A DNA stretch of 64,000 nucleotides from the NCBI GenBank assembly GCA_963663035.1, contig OY760074.1:2016001-2080000 (forward strand), written 5' to 3'. The notes beneath the pieces are model-generated. The model was not told the DNA's origin. It saw only the letters and a list, made by a program, of their open reading frames with translations, and ran no database searches. The position numbers and the translations under genes were made by a program. The stretch comes from Acidobacteriota bacterium. GTDB taxonomy: Bacteria; Acidobacteriota; UBA6911; RPQK01; JADFOI01. Shown here in pieces: positions 39,689-49,528 of the stretch (position 1 is its first letter; each line of letters starts with the position of its first letter).

Positions 39689-40375
39689 CCCGTCTCGCCA
39701 TCGAATAGCAGCAGCGGATGATACATGTGCTCGCGATAATAGCCGTGGTAAAAGCTGAACTCCTGCTGCCCATGCGTGACGTCATCCGTGCTGTCGATGT
39801 CCAGGATGATCTTCTCGGGCCGGCTCTTCTTGCGGTGCTTCAAGTAGGTCTCCAGCAGCCACTGTCCCAGGCGAGTGAGATCCTTCGAGTCCACCGAGTT
39901 CTCCAGTCGCGACAGCGTGGGTTGAGAAGCCAGATCCGGATCGCTTTCCGGCAGCCGATCACACACGGTCTTGAAGATGGGATCCGAGCGCAAGCTGTCG
40001 GCATCGTTGCAGTCCTCATAGCCGGCCACGATCTGAAAGCTGCGCTGGGTGAGCAGTTCGCGAATCTGGTGGCGGACGTAGCGGCTATCTCGAGCGTCCT
40101 TCAGGCAGGAGGCAAAGCCAGCCGTCAGTCCGTGCTGTTGATCCAGGGCGTACAGACACAGCAGCCCGGCATCGGAGGAGAGCCGGCCTCCATCGAATCG
40201 AGCCACCACTTTTCTGTCAGGGTGAGATGGCAAGTTGATCTGGCAGACTGATGCATCGCTGGGCCGTACCTTTTTGGTTTGGAGTTGTTTCATAACCCCT
40301 TTTATATCAAAGAGGTACGGCATCTTTTTGTGCCCTCGATCAGACCCCTTCTTCAGAATTTATGAATAATCCGGG
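39689..40375 (-). mobile_element. Truncated IS1380-family element (left end and 5' part of transposase)
   Basis: Reverse complement of the start of 55845-57483; CTAG at 40376-40379; cut at the IS3 boundary. Confidence 0.92.
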
Positions 40376-41041
40376 CTAGAAGCTGGCCGCTACGTGGTAC
40401 TGGTCGTAACCGACACTGGCTGTGGAATGGATCAAGCGACACAGCAAAGGATCTTTGAGCCTTTCTTTACGACCAAGGACGTGGGCGACGGAACAGGTCT
40501 GGGTTTGTCCACTGTCTATGGCATTATCAAACAGCACCACGGTTACATCTGGGTAGACAGCCAACCCGGCGAGGGGTCAAGCTTCACCATCTATTTACCA
40601 TCCACGGATAAAGAGGTGGAAGAGAAGACTAAGCAGGTCAAGCAAGAGGGGACACTCAAGGGCTCTGAAGTGATCTTGGTTGCAGAGGACGAAGAGCCGG
40701 TGCGCGAGGTCTTAAACCGTGTCCTGAAGGAGTTGGGATACACGGTCCTCTCCGCGAGCCATGCGCAAGAGGCGGAAGCACTACTTATGAAGCACGATGG
40801 TGAGATCGACCTTCTTTTGAGTGATGTCATCATGCCTGGTCGAAGCGGCCCAGCTCTGTATAGCAGGCTCAAGGACAAGCGGCCCTCCCTGAGGGTCTTA
40901 TACATGTCCGGCTATGCCGAAACCATGTTCGGCTCCTTGGATCCTTGCGCTCCCTTCCTTTCCAAGCCTTTCACCCATGAGATCCTGGCACAGAAGGTGC
41001 GAGAGGTACTCGATGGCAAGAGAGTGGAGGCTGGACGATAA
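40376..41041 (+). pseudogene. Hybrid histidine kinase, 3' part (rest of HATPase_c + receiver)
   Basis: LEAGRYVVLVVTDTGCGM, FEPFFTTK, GTGLGL, AEDE, SDVIMP and SKPF motifs. Confidence 0.9.
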
Positions 41042-41086
41042 GTGCTCCACTAAAGTTTCACCTCAACCTGTAGCGAGAAGAAGACT

Positions 41087-41533
41087 ATGACACAAAAGTC
41101 AGCTACCAAAATTCTAATCGTCGACGATGAGTTCTACATACGGGACATCCTCTCGCAATGGTTAACGGAGGAGGGATACGAGTGTGTCACCGCCGGGGGC
41201 GTCGATGAAGCCTGTAAGCTACTGACAGAGCATAGCTTCTCTTTGGCCCTGTTGGATATCATGATGCACGAGAAGCCGGGGACCGTCATTCTTCAGGGAC
41301 TCAGGGAAGACCAACCGCAGATCGCCGTTCTTATGGTGACTGCTTTGGACGATCCTGGGATCGTCGCGGAAACCGATCGGTTTGGTGCTTCCGGATACAT
41401 CACCAAACCATTCGATCGAGATGAGATTACCGGTAATGTTGCCAGTGCGCTGCGGCGTCGTGAAGAGGCTCTGCAAGCCGGAGAGTCTCAAATGCGCCTG
41501 GAGCAAGAACTCCGGGAACTGAAATCCGGCTAG
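41087..41533 (+). CDS. Single-domain response regulator with coiled-coil tail
   Basis: ILIVDDE, LLDIMM, MVTA and YITKPF motifs. Confidence 0.9.
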   Translation: MTQKSATKILIVDDEFYIRDILSQWLTEEGYECVTAGGVDEACKLLTEHSFSLALLDIMMHEKPGTVILQGLREDQPQIAVLMVTALDDPGIVAETDRFGASGYITKPFDRDEITGNVASALRRREEALQAGESQMRLEQELRELKSG

Positions 41534-41553
41534 CCCGGTTGACCTGCCCTTCC

Positions 41554-41928
41554 CTACTCCTCGGAAAGAGCAGGCACAGAGGAAACATCAGGCGGATCCG
41601 GGATCGACTCCAGGTATTCGTAGATGTCTCGCAGCTTTTCGTCGGTCAGTACCTTGGGTGAGTAAGCCGGCATGACATTAGGAGGCCGCCGCACCACGCT
41701 GGAGAAGGCCGCGAAGGGCAGCGGATCGGGGGCAAGGCGCGGGCCGCTCCCTCCATTGCCGTCATAGCCGTGGCACTGATAGCAGCCCATTTCGATGTAC
41801 TCCTCACTACCGGGTGGGAACTGGTCCTCTTCCTGCGCGCCCGCCCCTCTCATCCTTCCACCCAACACCAAGGCGGCTACCACCACAGCGAGGACAAGCA
41901 GGGTCTGTTGACGATTCTTGCTCTTCAT
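41554..41928 (-). CDS. Monoheme cytochrome c
   Basis: Signal peptide, CYQCH and distal Met in NVMP; AGGAG RBS overlapping the upstream stop. Confidence 0.9.
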   Translation of the reverse strand: MKSKNRQQTLLVLAVVVAALVLGGRMRGAGAQEEDQFPPGSEEYIEMGCYQCHGYDGNGGSGPRLAPDPLPFAAFSSVVRRPPNVMPAYSPKVLTDEKLRDIYEYLESIPDPPDVSSVPALSEE

Positions 41929-41939
41929 GGCTGTACTCC

Positions 41940-43871
41940 TTAACGAGGCTGGCACACAACATCCACCAGAGCGCACCCGCCCCGTTTCACCACATCGACG
42001 GCGCGTTTGAATGCCCCTGCCAACTGGGTGGGGTCGCTGATCGGTCCTTCCGCCGACACCCCCATACTCCTGGCCAAAGCGGCATAGTCAATATAGGGAT
42101 CCTCAAAGACATTGCCGATCTTGGCCGGGCCGTCGACACCGCGCTGCCGCCGTGCCGCAATACGTTGGATATGCATCACCTCCTGGTGATAGGCGCGGTT
42201 GTTGTTGATCACCATGAGAAGGGGAATATCGTGATGAGTAGCGGTCCACAACGCCCCCGACGAGTACATCAGATCACCGTCGGCCACAACGCTGACCGAC
42301 AGGCGGCCATGTTCGCGGTTTGCCAGCGCAGCGCCAATCGACGCCGGGGCTCCGTAACCAAGTCCCCCCGCGCCCGAGCCCCCGATGTACTGGTAATGCT
42401 TGTTCATCGTCCAAAAGCGTCGCGCACCACCGGTCAATTTCTGACCGACCAGAGACCAGTCGTGGTCCTTGATCTGCTGCCCCAGCTCGACCATGAGCCG
42501 GGTGGTGCTGATCGGACTGGAGTTCCAACCATAGGTGGCTTGCTTGCGCGCTTGAGTGCGACTGTCCTGGTGGCTTTTCCGAAACTCATCCTCACGAGCA
42601 GAGTTCTGGGAGCGACGCTGGGCTGTCATTGCGCGCCTGACCTCCTCGATCAAAGCCGGCAGGGATGCCTGGGCGTCACCGGCGATGGAAAGATCAACGG
42701 GCTGGTAGCGCTGGAAGTTCTGATAGTTGGCCTTGAGGTACACGTCGTTTAGGCCAAGACTGATGAGCTTAACGTCGGGGCTCAGGACGCGCCGCGTCTC
42801 ACGGTGGGGAAGATCGCGCATGCTCCAGACCGTGGTCCAGAAACTGCCCACCTCCAATCCCAGAACGACGTCGGCCTCGCGCACCAGGCGCCTCGACTGA
42901 TAGAGATGGTGATCGTTGGGAAAGTTCATACGGCCACCCCGGTCTGAAACCGGAATCTGAAGCAACTCGGCAAGCTCCACCAGGTCCTCCATTCCCTCCG
43001 GCGTGCGGGCCATACTTCCAGCCATGATCACGGGGCGCTCTGCGTTCACCAGCATTCGCGCCACCTCACGCAAGGCGCCGGTCTCCCCCTGTGAGGGAAC
43101 CGTCGGTCTGAACTCTGGAATAGCCGGCCGGTTATCGCCGACTTCCATTTCCTGCAGGTGGCCGTCCAGGGTAATCACCACCGGTCCCATGGGCGGCGTA
43201 GTAGCAATCTTGTAGGCACGCATCAAGGACTCCGTGAAATGGGCCAGCGAGACGGGGGTGTCATCCCATTTGGTGAAGTCGCGCACCAACTTGGCACAGT
43301 CCTGGGCCGCATGGGACCACTCTGCGCCGGGCCGCCGGTCGGCGGCGTCCAGGTGATTCCCAGCAAAGATAATCAGCGGCACGTGATCGGCATAAGCGTT
43401 GTAAACTGCCATCGACGCGTGCTGCAGGCCGACCGTGCCGTGGCATAACATGGCCAGGGGCTTATAGGCGATCTTGGAGTACCCGTGGCCCATGGCTATG
43501 GCGGTTTCTTCGTGCAGGCAGGTCACGAATTCAGGCGCCTTGTTGCCCCCATAGTTGACGATCGACTCCTGCAGCCCCCGGTAACTGGAGGCCGGGTTGG
43601 CGGTGATATAGTCGATGCCCAGGCTTCTAATAACATCGACCATGAAATCGGATGCCGCATTCTGGACAAAATAATGGGCAGCCTCGTCTGTGGTATAGCC
43701 ATCGGGCGGCTCCACTTCCATCCCTGCGAGGGCACTCGAGGACGGCAAAGCGGCAGCTGCACCTCCCATTTGCGCCTGGGCAAGAGCTCTGCCTGTTTGC
43801 GATTGCGCGGCCAGTCCCGAAAGTGTGCCGGCGGCTGCGACCCCCTTCAGAAAATCACGTCTGCTTGTCAT
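41940..43871 (-). CDS. Thiamine-diphosphate-dependent enzyme (ALS/BFD/POX superfamily) with Tat signal
   Basis: SRRDFLK; CLHEETA (catalytic Glu), HGTVGL and ADGDLMY...NN ThDP-binding motif. Confidence 0.9.
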   Translation of the reverse strand: MTSRRDFLKGVAAAGTLSGLAAQSQTGRALAQAQMGGAAAALPSSSALAGMEVEPPDGYTTDEAAHYFVQNAASDFMVDVIRSLGIDYITANPASSYRGLQESIVNYGGNKAPEFVTCLHEETAIAMGHGYSKIAYKPLAMLCHGTVGLQHASMAVYNAYADHVPLIIFAGNHLDAADRRPGAEWSHAAQDCAKLVRDFTKWDDTPVSLAHFTESLMRAYKIATTPPMGPVVITLDGHLQEMEVGDNRPAIPEFRPTVPSQGETGALREVARMLVNAERPVIMAGSMARTPEGMEDLVELAELLQIPVSDRGGRMNFPNDHHLYQSRRLVREADVVLGLEVGSFWTTVWSMRDLPHRETRRVLSPDVKLISLGLNDVYLKANYQNFQRYQPVDLSIAGDAQASLPALIEEVRRAMTAQRRSQNSAREDEFRKSHQDSRTQARKQATYGWNSSPISTTRLMVELGQQIKDHDWSLVGQKLTGGARRFWTMNKHYQYIGGSGAGGLGYGAPASIGAALANREHGRLSVSVVADGDLMYSSGALWTATHHDIPLLMVINNNRAYHQEVMHIQRIAARRQRGVDGPAKIGNVFEDPYIDYAALARSMGVSAEGPISDPTQLAGAFKRAVDVVKRGGCALVDVVCQPR

Positions 43872-43977
43872 TTCATTATCTCCTTGTTCTTGATGCTTGA
43901 TGCAGGCTTCATAGCCAGTGAGCTTACTTTAACTCTACGACAAGGTTTCCACAACTTCTTTTTTACGGTTTTGAGGC

Positions 43978-44015
43978 GACGGCGCTGCAGTCGAAAACTT
44001 ATGCAATAGTCACGG
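43978..44015 (+). repeat. Degenerate right-end remnant of the MITE family
   Basis: CGGCGCTGCAGTCGAAAACTTATGCAATAGTCACGG then CTAG, similar to the end of 45584-45787. Confidence 0.55.
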
Positions 44016-44125
44016 CTAGGTGACAGCAGTCACAGCTTGTTGCTAGGCTGCCGTATAAACTGCTCTTTGAGTGTTGTCAACGCCTCTTCAGTGGTGGTGG
44101 GTGTGAAAAAGGCCGGAGAGTCTTC

Positions 44126-45583
44126 TTGGACTTTGATCTAAATAGTCTTCTCGACAGTCATGAGCTGCAGAGTACGCCTCTCTTGAGAGGCGTCGAGCTT
44201 GAATCGATCCAGACTCTGCTGGAGGGCTGTCCGATACAGGAGTTAAAAAGAGGCGACGTGCTGATCAGAGCCGGTCAGCGGAATCGCTTTCTCTACCTGG
44301 TCCTGGCTGGTGTTTTGCATATCCACCTGAAAGAACATACCCTCGACCCAATCGTAGTATTGCAACCTGGGGAGGTCGCCGGCGAACTGTCCGTCATTGA
44401 TTGTCAGGTGACTTCGGCCTATGTTGTGGCCAACGAAGACTCCTGTGTGCTCCTGCTGGACGAAAAAACCATCTGGGCCCTGGTTGATTATTATCCCATT
44501 GTGGCCCGCAATCTACTCTTCGTCCTGGCCCAGCGTTTGCGTAACGGCAACGTTATTATCGAGGCTTCCCTGATAGAGGAGGTTTCTGAGAAGGAGCTGC
44601 AAGAATTCCAGTCCCACGAGGTCCCGGCGAGCAAGGATCTGCCTGACGTGGATCTGCCTGAAGAGGACCTGCCTGAAGAGGACCTGCCTGAAGGGGACAT
44701 CGAAGCCGAACCAGCCAAACTGTACAAAGCCGCAAAGGACTATGTTGTGGAATCGATCCGTGGGGCTGAGGCAAAAAAGGGCCCCGATCTCACAAGGGGA
44801 GAGGAGTTGGTCAAAGGCCTTCACGATTCCATGGCTGATAGTTCCGCTCTCCTGCTGTTAGCCACCGACAGAAGGCAGGAATTCTCTGTCAGTGCCCACT
44901 GTGTGAATGTGGCCATTTTCTCACTTCGGATGGCACAGACCCTGAAATACGAGCTGGAAAATCAGTTGCAGGTGGGGCTGGCTGGACTCTTACACGAAAT
45001 TGGGGTGGCACGGCTCCCCAAGCGAGTGCTCCATCAACCTACACCGATGCGTTCGGAAATGAGGCACCGGCCTGCTTACGGCGCCGAGCTGTTGCACGAG
45101 TTCAACCCCGAGTGCGATTGGCTTATTGAAACTGTGGGGCAGGTATACGAACGAGAAGATGGAAGCGGATTTCCCCTGGGACTTCAGGGAAGAGATATCC
45201 GCGAAGAGGCGAAAATCCTGGGCATCGTGGATGTCTTCGAGGCCAGTGTCCACGATCGCCCTTACCGCAAGGCCTTGACTGGCTATCAGTTACTCGAAGG
45301 GTTAACCCTTGGCGTCACCACAGGTTTTTCGGATCACGTTGTAAAGGCTTTGATAGAGAGTTTCTCTGTTTATCCTTATAATGAGTACGTCGTGCTGAAT
45401 TCCGATGAGGTGGGGCAAGTCGTGGAAGTCAATCCGAGAAACTCATGGCGTCCTATCGTCAAGATCCTTTTCGACAAAGAAGGGGTACCCCTGAACAAAC
45501 CCAAAGAGACCGATCTGGCACAGGATTCCTCGCTGTTTATCACCAAAGCCATTACCTACCATGAGTTACCAGACGCGGACTAG
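44126..45583 (+). CDS. cNMP-binding domain + degenerate HD-GYP domain protein
   Basis: GEVAGELS (cNMP fold); HCVNV, LLHEIG, EREDGSGFP and DRPYRK motifs. Confidence 0.82.
   Translation: MDFDLNSLLDSHELQSTPLLRGVELESIQTLLEGCPIQELKRGDVLIRAGQRNRFLYLVLAGVLHIHLKEHTLDPIVVLQPGEVAGELSVIDCQVTSAYVVANEDSCVLLLDEKTIWALVDYYPIVARNLLFVLAQRLRNGNVIIEASLIEEVSEKELQEFQSHEVPASKDLPDVDLPEEDLPEEDLPEGDIEAEPAKLYKAAKDYVVESIRGAEAKKGPDLTRGEELVKGLHDSMADSSALLLLATDRRQEFSVSAHCVNVAIFSLRMAQTLKYELENQLQVGLAGLLHEIGVARLPKRVLHQPTPMRSEMRHRPAYGAELLHEFNPECDWLIETVGQVYEREDGSGFPLGLQGRDIREEAKILGIVDVFEASVHDRPYRKALTGYQLLEGLTLGVTTGFSDHVVKALIESFSVYPYNEYVVLNSDEVGQVVEVNPRNSWRPIVKILFDKEGVPLNKPKETDLAQDSSLFITKAITYHELPDAD
44636..44695 (+). repeat. 15-bp tandem repeat x4 (DLPEE linker)
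   Basis: GAYCTGCCTGAAGAG-like units. Confidence 0.85.
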
Positions 45584-45787
45584 CCCGGACTATGCATAGG
45601 TTCTCGTCACGAAGCGGTGAAAGCGCCGGCCTGACAAGGCGCGCGAGGGGTACCCGCCACGGGTCGGCCCCCGCAAACGTACTCTTGAGTAGGTTGAGGA
45701 GCCGAGGGGTACCCGCTTGCGGGTCGCGCAACACTGGCAGGGCGAGTGATTTCGGCGCTGCAGTAGAGAATTTATGCATAGTGCGGG
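45584..45787 (+). mobile_element. MITE-like element, copy 2
   Basis: IR CCCGGACTATGCATA / TATGCATAGTGCGGG; flanks CTAG (containing the upstream stop codon) and CTAA. Confidence 0.85.
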
Positions 45788-45855
45788 CTAAACATCTCCC
45801 CAGTCATTCAGGCACCTGAAAAAGCTACCTTTCACTTTCGACGGAGCCTCCCATT

Positions 45856-46431
45856 TTGAGCCTTGGATCGCGCAAGAAAAAGTCCTCTTCCGAGGTGGCT
45901 GCTGCCGGACAGGAGTCACAAACCTTAATCGTGGTGGATGATGATGACGAGATCATCCAGTACGCTTCACGAACTCTTTGCCATCGGGGCAACGGTCTTC
46001 GCCACAGAGGGGTGGCCGTTTTTCTCTACAATAGTCAAGCTGAAGTGCTTCTGCAGAAAAGGAAGCACCAGCTCTTCGATAAGCTGTGGGATCTGGCCGG
46101 GGCCACCCATCCGCTCCACCTTGATGACAGAGACGAAAGCTACGAAGAAAGCGGAATCCGCTGCTTAAAAACCGAATGGGGAATAACACTGCCTTTACAC
46201 AAAGTTCTGGCATTTACCTATTTTGAACGGGACAACGATCGATGTGAAAACGAATCTTGTGCTCTTCTGACAGGTAAGTATGACGGAAAACTCAATCCTA
46301 ACCCACGTCACATCTACGACTTCAGGTGGGTCACCTGGAATCAACTTGCCCAGGAGCTCGATGGGGAGCCAAAAGGGTTCACACCGTGGCTGAGAAAGTC
46401 TGTTGAAGGCTTGAATGGAAGCCTATTTTGA
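45856..46431 (+). CDS. Type 1 isopentenyl-diphosphate isomerase-like Nudix protein
   Basis: LIVVDDDD, LRHRGVAVFLYN, LLQKR, ENE and FTPW motifs; start uncertain. Confidence 0.7.
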   Translation: MSLGSRKKKSSSEVAAAGQESQTLIVVDDDDEIIQYASRTLCHRGNGLRHRGVAVFLYNSQAEVLLQKRKHQLFDKLWDLAGATHPLHLDDRDESYEESGIRCLKTEWGITLPLHKVLAFTYFERDNDRCENESCALLTGKYDGKLNPNPRHIYDFRWVTWNQLAQELDGEPKGFTPWLRKSVEGLNGSLF

Positions 46432-46444
46432 AAAAACGCGGCAC

Positions 46445-46999
46445 TCAGGAGGTTGGCAGCAGACGGGACAGCCAGGAGTTTTCAAGGGTTGTTTCAAAAT
46501 CACCGGAGCGAAGCTGCCCCAGGGTACTCAGAAGGGTTTGGAAGACAGGGGTATCGGAACAGACTTCTCCCGACTCAACCAGATCCTGAAACTTGAGCGC
46601 ATCCAAGGCCTGAATCTTCCCCTCTCTGTCACGAAAGTAGAGAAGACCTCCCTTGAGACCATCCAATCCATTGAGAGTCTTGAAGGCTTTAAAGTTACGG
46701 AGGAGACTGTCGATAGAGCAGCCCGAGACACCCTCCTGGCAGTAGGCTGCAGTCACCACAAAACGCTCAGACAGAATCTTGAAGGCAGCCTGGACCGGGG
46801 CCCCGTGCGAAACCCATTGGGGTAGAAACTGCTCCAGTCCCTGGCGGATGATCTCCTCTTGAGGCCCAGTCAGCTCTTCTTGGAAACCGTGAACCCACAC
46901 CCGGGCCTGATCGGGAAGATCCTTGAACTCACTCCAGTCCACCTTCAACTCCCGATCCCCTTCGGCTGTTGCTTGTCCAGCCATGCCTTCAGCCTTCAT
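46445..46999 (-). CDS. Conserved hypothetical protein
   Basis: LPDQARVWV, WVSHG, SGCSIDS and SW motifs recall a widespread uncharacterised family. Confidence 0.7.
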   Translation of the reverse strand: MKAEGMAGQATAEGDRELKVDWSEFKDLPDQARVWVHGFQEELTGPQEEIIRQGLEQFLPQWVSHGAPVQAAFKILSERFVVTAAYCQEGVSGCSIDSLLRNFKAFKTLNGLDGLKGGLLYFRDREGKIQALDALKFQDLVESGEVCSDTPVFQTLLSTLGQLRSGDFETTLENSWLSRLLPTS

Positions 47000-47054
47000 T
47001 CAGTTCCTCACTGCTTTTTCGCATCCCAGTCACACTCCTATTGTACACAATTCG

Positions 47055-49310
47055 TTAAAGAACGGAGAAGCCTGCCTTCGTCAACGGAAGCTCTCGCACA
47101 CGATGACCGCTGGCGGCAAAGATCGCGTTGCAGATGGCCGGTGCAACCGGAGGTAGAGCGGGTTCACCAAGACCCGTGGGCGGGAAATCGCTTTCGATAA
47201 AGTGAACGTCAACCTCTGGCGCATTGGCCAGACGCAGGATTGGATATTGGTGGAAATTGGACTCCTGTACGCGCCCATTTTCTATTGAAAGCTCCAGACT
47301 CAGCATCGTGCTAAAGCCGTCGATAGCCGCACCCTGACACTGATTTTCCGCACCGCTTAGATTAATGATGGGACCGACATCGGCAGCTACCGTTACTTTA
47401 TGGACTGTCAGCTTTTTGTTCTCGTCTACACTCACCTCGGCAACTTCGGCGAAATGGCCGGCGTGACTAAAGTGGAAGGCCAGCCCCAGTCCCCGCCCGG
47501 CCGGGAACGATCTGCTCCAACCGGCTTTTTCTGCGGCAAGTCGAATAACGGCTGCGGCGCGACCGGTGTTCAGGGCACGGTCGTTTCCGGGATCCAGCCA
47601 ACGGGGCTGGCCCATCACTTCGAGGAGAAACTCAAGGTGATCGCGTCCAGCTGCCACCGCAAGCTCGTCAAGAAAGCATTGCACGGCAAAGGCAATTCCG
47701 TTTGAACGCGGTGCCCGCCATGGTCCGCAGGGCGTCGCCAGCGGCAACATGGTTTGAGTCAGTCGGTAGTTGGAAAGCAGAGGTCCGGGGAACTCCTCTT
47801 CGCCAATATTACCTCCGCTGACGGGACGTTGTCCGTCACTGGAGAAGGTCACGAAGTGATCCTGCCAGGCCGAAAGCTTGCCCGATCGATCGACTGCACC
47901 TTTGAAGGAATGGAAGCCCGCCACACGGTAAAAGTCGTGGGCCATATCGTCTTCGCGCGTCCATTGCAGTTTTACCGGTGCGTCAATCTGCTTCGAGATG
48001 GCCGCTGCTTCGCACATGGGATCATTCATTAAGCGGCGCCCGAAACCGCCGCCCACTCGGGTCTGGTGAATCGTTACCCGATCCTCGGGAATGCCGAGCA
48101 GTTTGGCCACGCTGCCAAGTCCCCGTTGGGGAGTCTGGGTGGGAGCCCAAATCTCGACCCCGCCCTCACGATACCAGGCCGTGCAGTTTTGGGGCTCAAG
48201 CGGCGCGTGTGAGAGAAATGGGTAGCTGTAGAAGGCGTCCACCGTTTTGGAGGCGCTGCTGAAGGCTTCCTCCAGGTTGCCAGTGTCGCTAATAATCTGG
48301 TTGCCGCTTTGATTGGCCAGCTCCCCGGCTCGTCGAACGGCACCACTCCAACTATCCTTGGAAGCCTGGCTTTCATCCCAGGTCACCCGAAGCTGACGTT
48401 TGGCGCTGAGAGCGGCCCAGGTGGAAGTCGCAACAATAGCGACTCCGGGCATCAGCTCTGCGACCTGCCCGTTGCCTTCCAGCACAAAGGCATCCTCGAC
48501 GCCAGGAAGCGAACGGATCTCGTCTAGATTGGCCTGGCCAACCCGGCCACCGGTGGCCGGGCATTTTTCATAGGCGGCATAGAGCATGCCCGGCACGACC
48601 TGATCGATTCCAAAAAGCGGTTGTCCGGTAACCACTTTGTGGTTATCGACGCCGCCTACCCGTGTGCCCAGCAGCTTGTAGTCTGAGCGCTCTTTCAGGG
48701 TGACAGATTGCGGGTCCGGAACCGGAAGCGCGGCTGCCCTGTTGGCCAGTTCGCCATACCCCAATCGCCGGCCACTCTGACGATGGATCACCGTACTCGT
48801 TTCTGTGGTGCACTCAGCAGTCGAAACACCCCATTCTTGGGCCGCAGCCGATACAAGCATGGCGCGGGCCACCCCGCCGGCGCGGCGCAGTTGATCCCAG
48901 CTCGAGGCCACGGATCGGGAGCCACCGGCAGACTGACGGCCATACACCGCTTGATTGATCGGTGACTGTTCCACACGCACGTCAGACCAGTCAGCGTCCA
49001 ACTCCTCGGCGACGATCATGGGCAGGGCAGTCATGACGCCCTGACCAATCTCGGGATTCTTCGAGTAGATCAGAATCGAGCCATCGGGTGATATGCGAAT
49101 GAAGGCGTTGGGGACGAACTCGCTTCCAGCCTGTGCGGCAAAAGCACTGCTCCCCCCTTCAATGTAGAAGGCAAGTGCCAGTCCCCCACCAGCCACTCCG
49201 GTCAGCTTCAGGAACGAGCGTCGACCTATGGCCTCCGCCCTGGTTTCAGCAGTTGTTTCAAACGCGGCTTCCGCCTCGCAGAGAACGTCATGAAGATATT
49301 CGTCATTCAT
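47055..49310 (-). CDS. iorB: Xanthine-oxidase-family molybdopterin subunit (isoquinoline 1-oxidoreductase beta-like), Tat signal
   Basis: RRSFLK, EIGQG, AEELD, HAPLEP, GGGFGRR and GLGEP motifs. Confidence 0.9.
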   Translation of the reverse strand: MNDEYLHDVLCEAEAAFETTAETRAEAIGRRSFLKLTGVAGGGLALAFYIEGGSSAFAAQAGSEFVPNAFIRISPDGSILIYSKNPEIGQGVMTALPMIVAEELDADWSDVRVEQSPINQAVYGRQSAGGSRSVASSWDQLRRAGGVARAMLVSAAAQEWGVSTAECTTETSTVIHRQSGRRLGYGELANRAAALPVPDPQSVTLKERSDYKLLGTRVGGVDNHKVVTGQPLFGIDQVVPGMLYAAYEKCPATGGRVGQANLDEIRSLPGVEDAFVLEGNGQVAELMPGVAIVATSTWAALSAKRQLRVTWDESQASKDSWSGAVRRAGELANQSGNQIISDTGNLEEAFSSASKTVDAFYSYPFLSHAPLEPQNCTAWYREGGVEIWAPTQTPQRGLGSVAKLLGIPEDRVTIHQTRVGGGFGRRLMNDPMCEAAAISKQIDAPVKLQWTREDDMAHDFYRVAGFHSFKGAVDRSGKLSAWQDHFVTFSSDGQRPVSGGNIGEEEFPGPLLSNYRLTQTMLPLATPCGPWRAPRSNGIAFAVQCFLDELAVAAGRDHLEFLLEVMGQPRWLDPGNDRALNTGRAAAVIRLAAEKAGWSRSFPAGRGLGLAFHFSHAGHFAEVAEVSVDENKKLTVHKVTVAADVGPIINLSGAENQCQGAAIDGFSTMLSLELSIENGRVQESNFHQYPILRLANAPEVDVHFIESDFPPTGLGEPALPPVAPAICNAIFAASGHRVRELPLTKAGFSVL

Positions 49311-49528
49311 GGCCCAACCTCTTTCCTCGCTGGATTGATCTGTAAGTTTCTTAGCAGCAGTGTTTATCCCCTTGCGGAGGCATTTCCAGCGACCTCCTGA
49401 GAGCTTGAACTCAGTGTTGCACAGTCTCGGGCCAGAATCAATCGGGCGGTTTACCCATTCGATTTGGAACTCACGGACCCTATCGGTTGAACGAGCTTGC
49501 CCATAATCGATATACTCCCGTCCCTTCT

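Noticed and set aside
39595-40323. 242-aa ORF as a novel IS1380-IS3 fusion protein
   Set aside because: It is a truncated IS1380 transposase reading into the antisense IS3 end and lacks the later catalytic residues.
43872-44125. TPP riboswitch upstream of the ThDP enzyme
   Set aside because: No recognisable TPP aptamer core was seen; only a MITE-end remnant is present.
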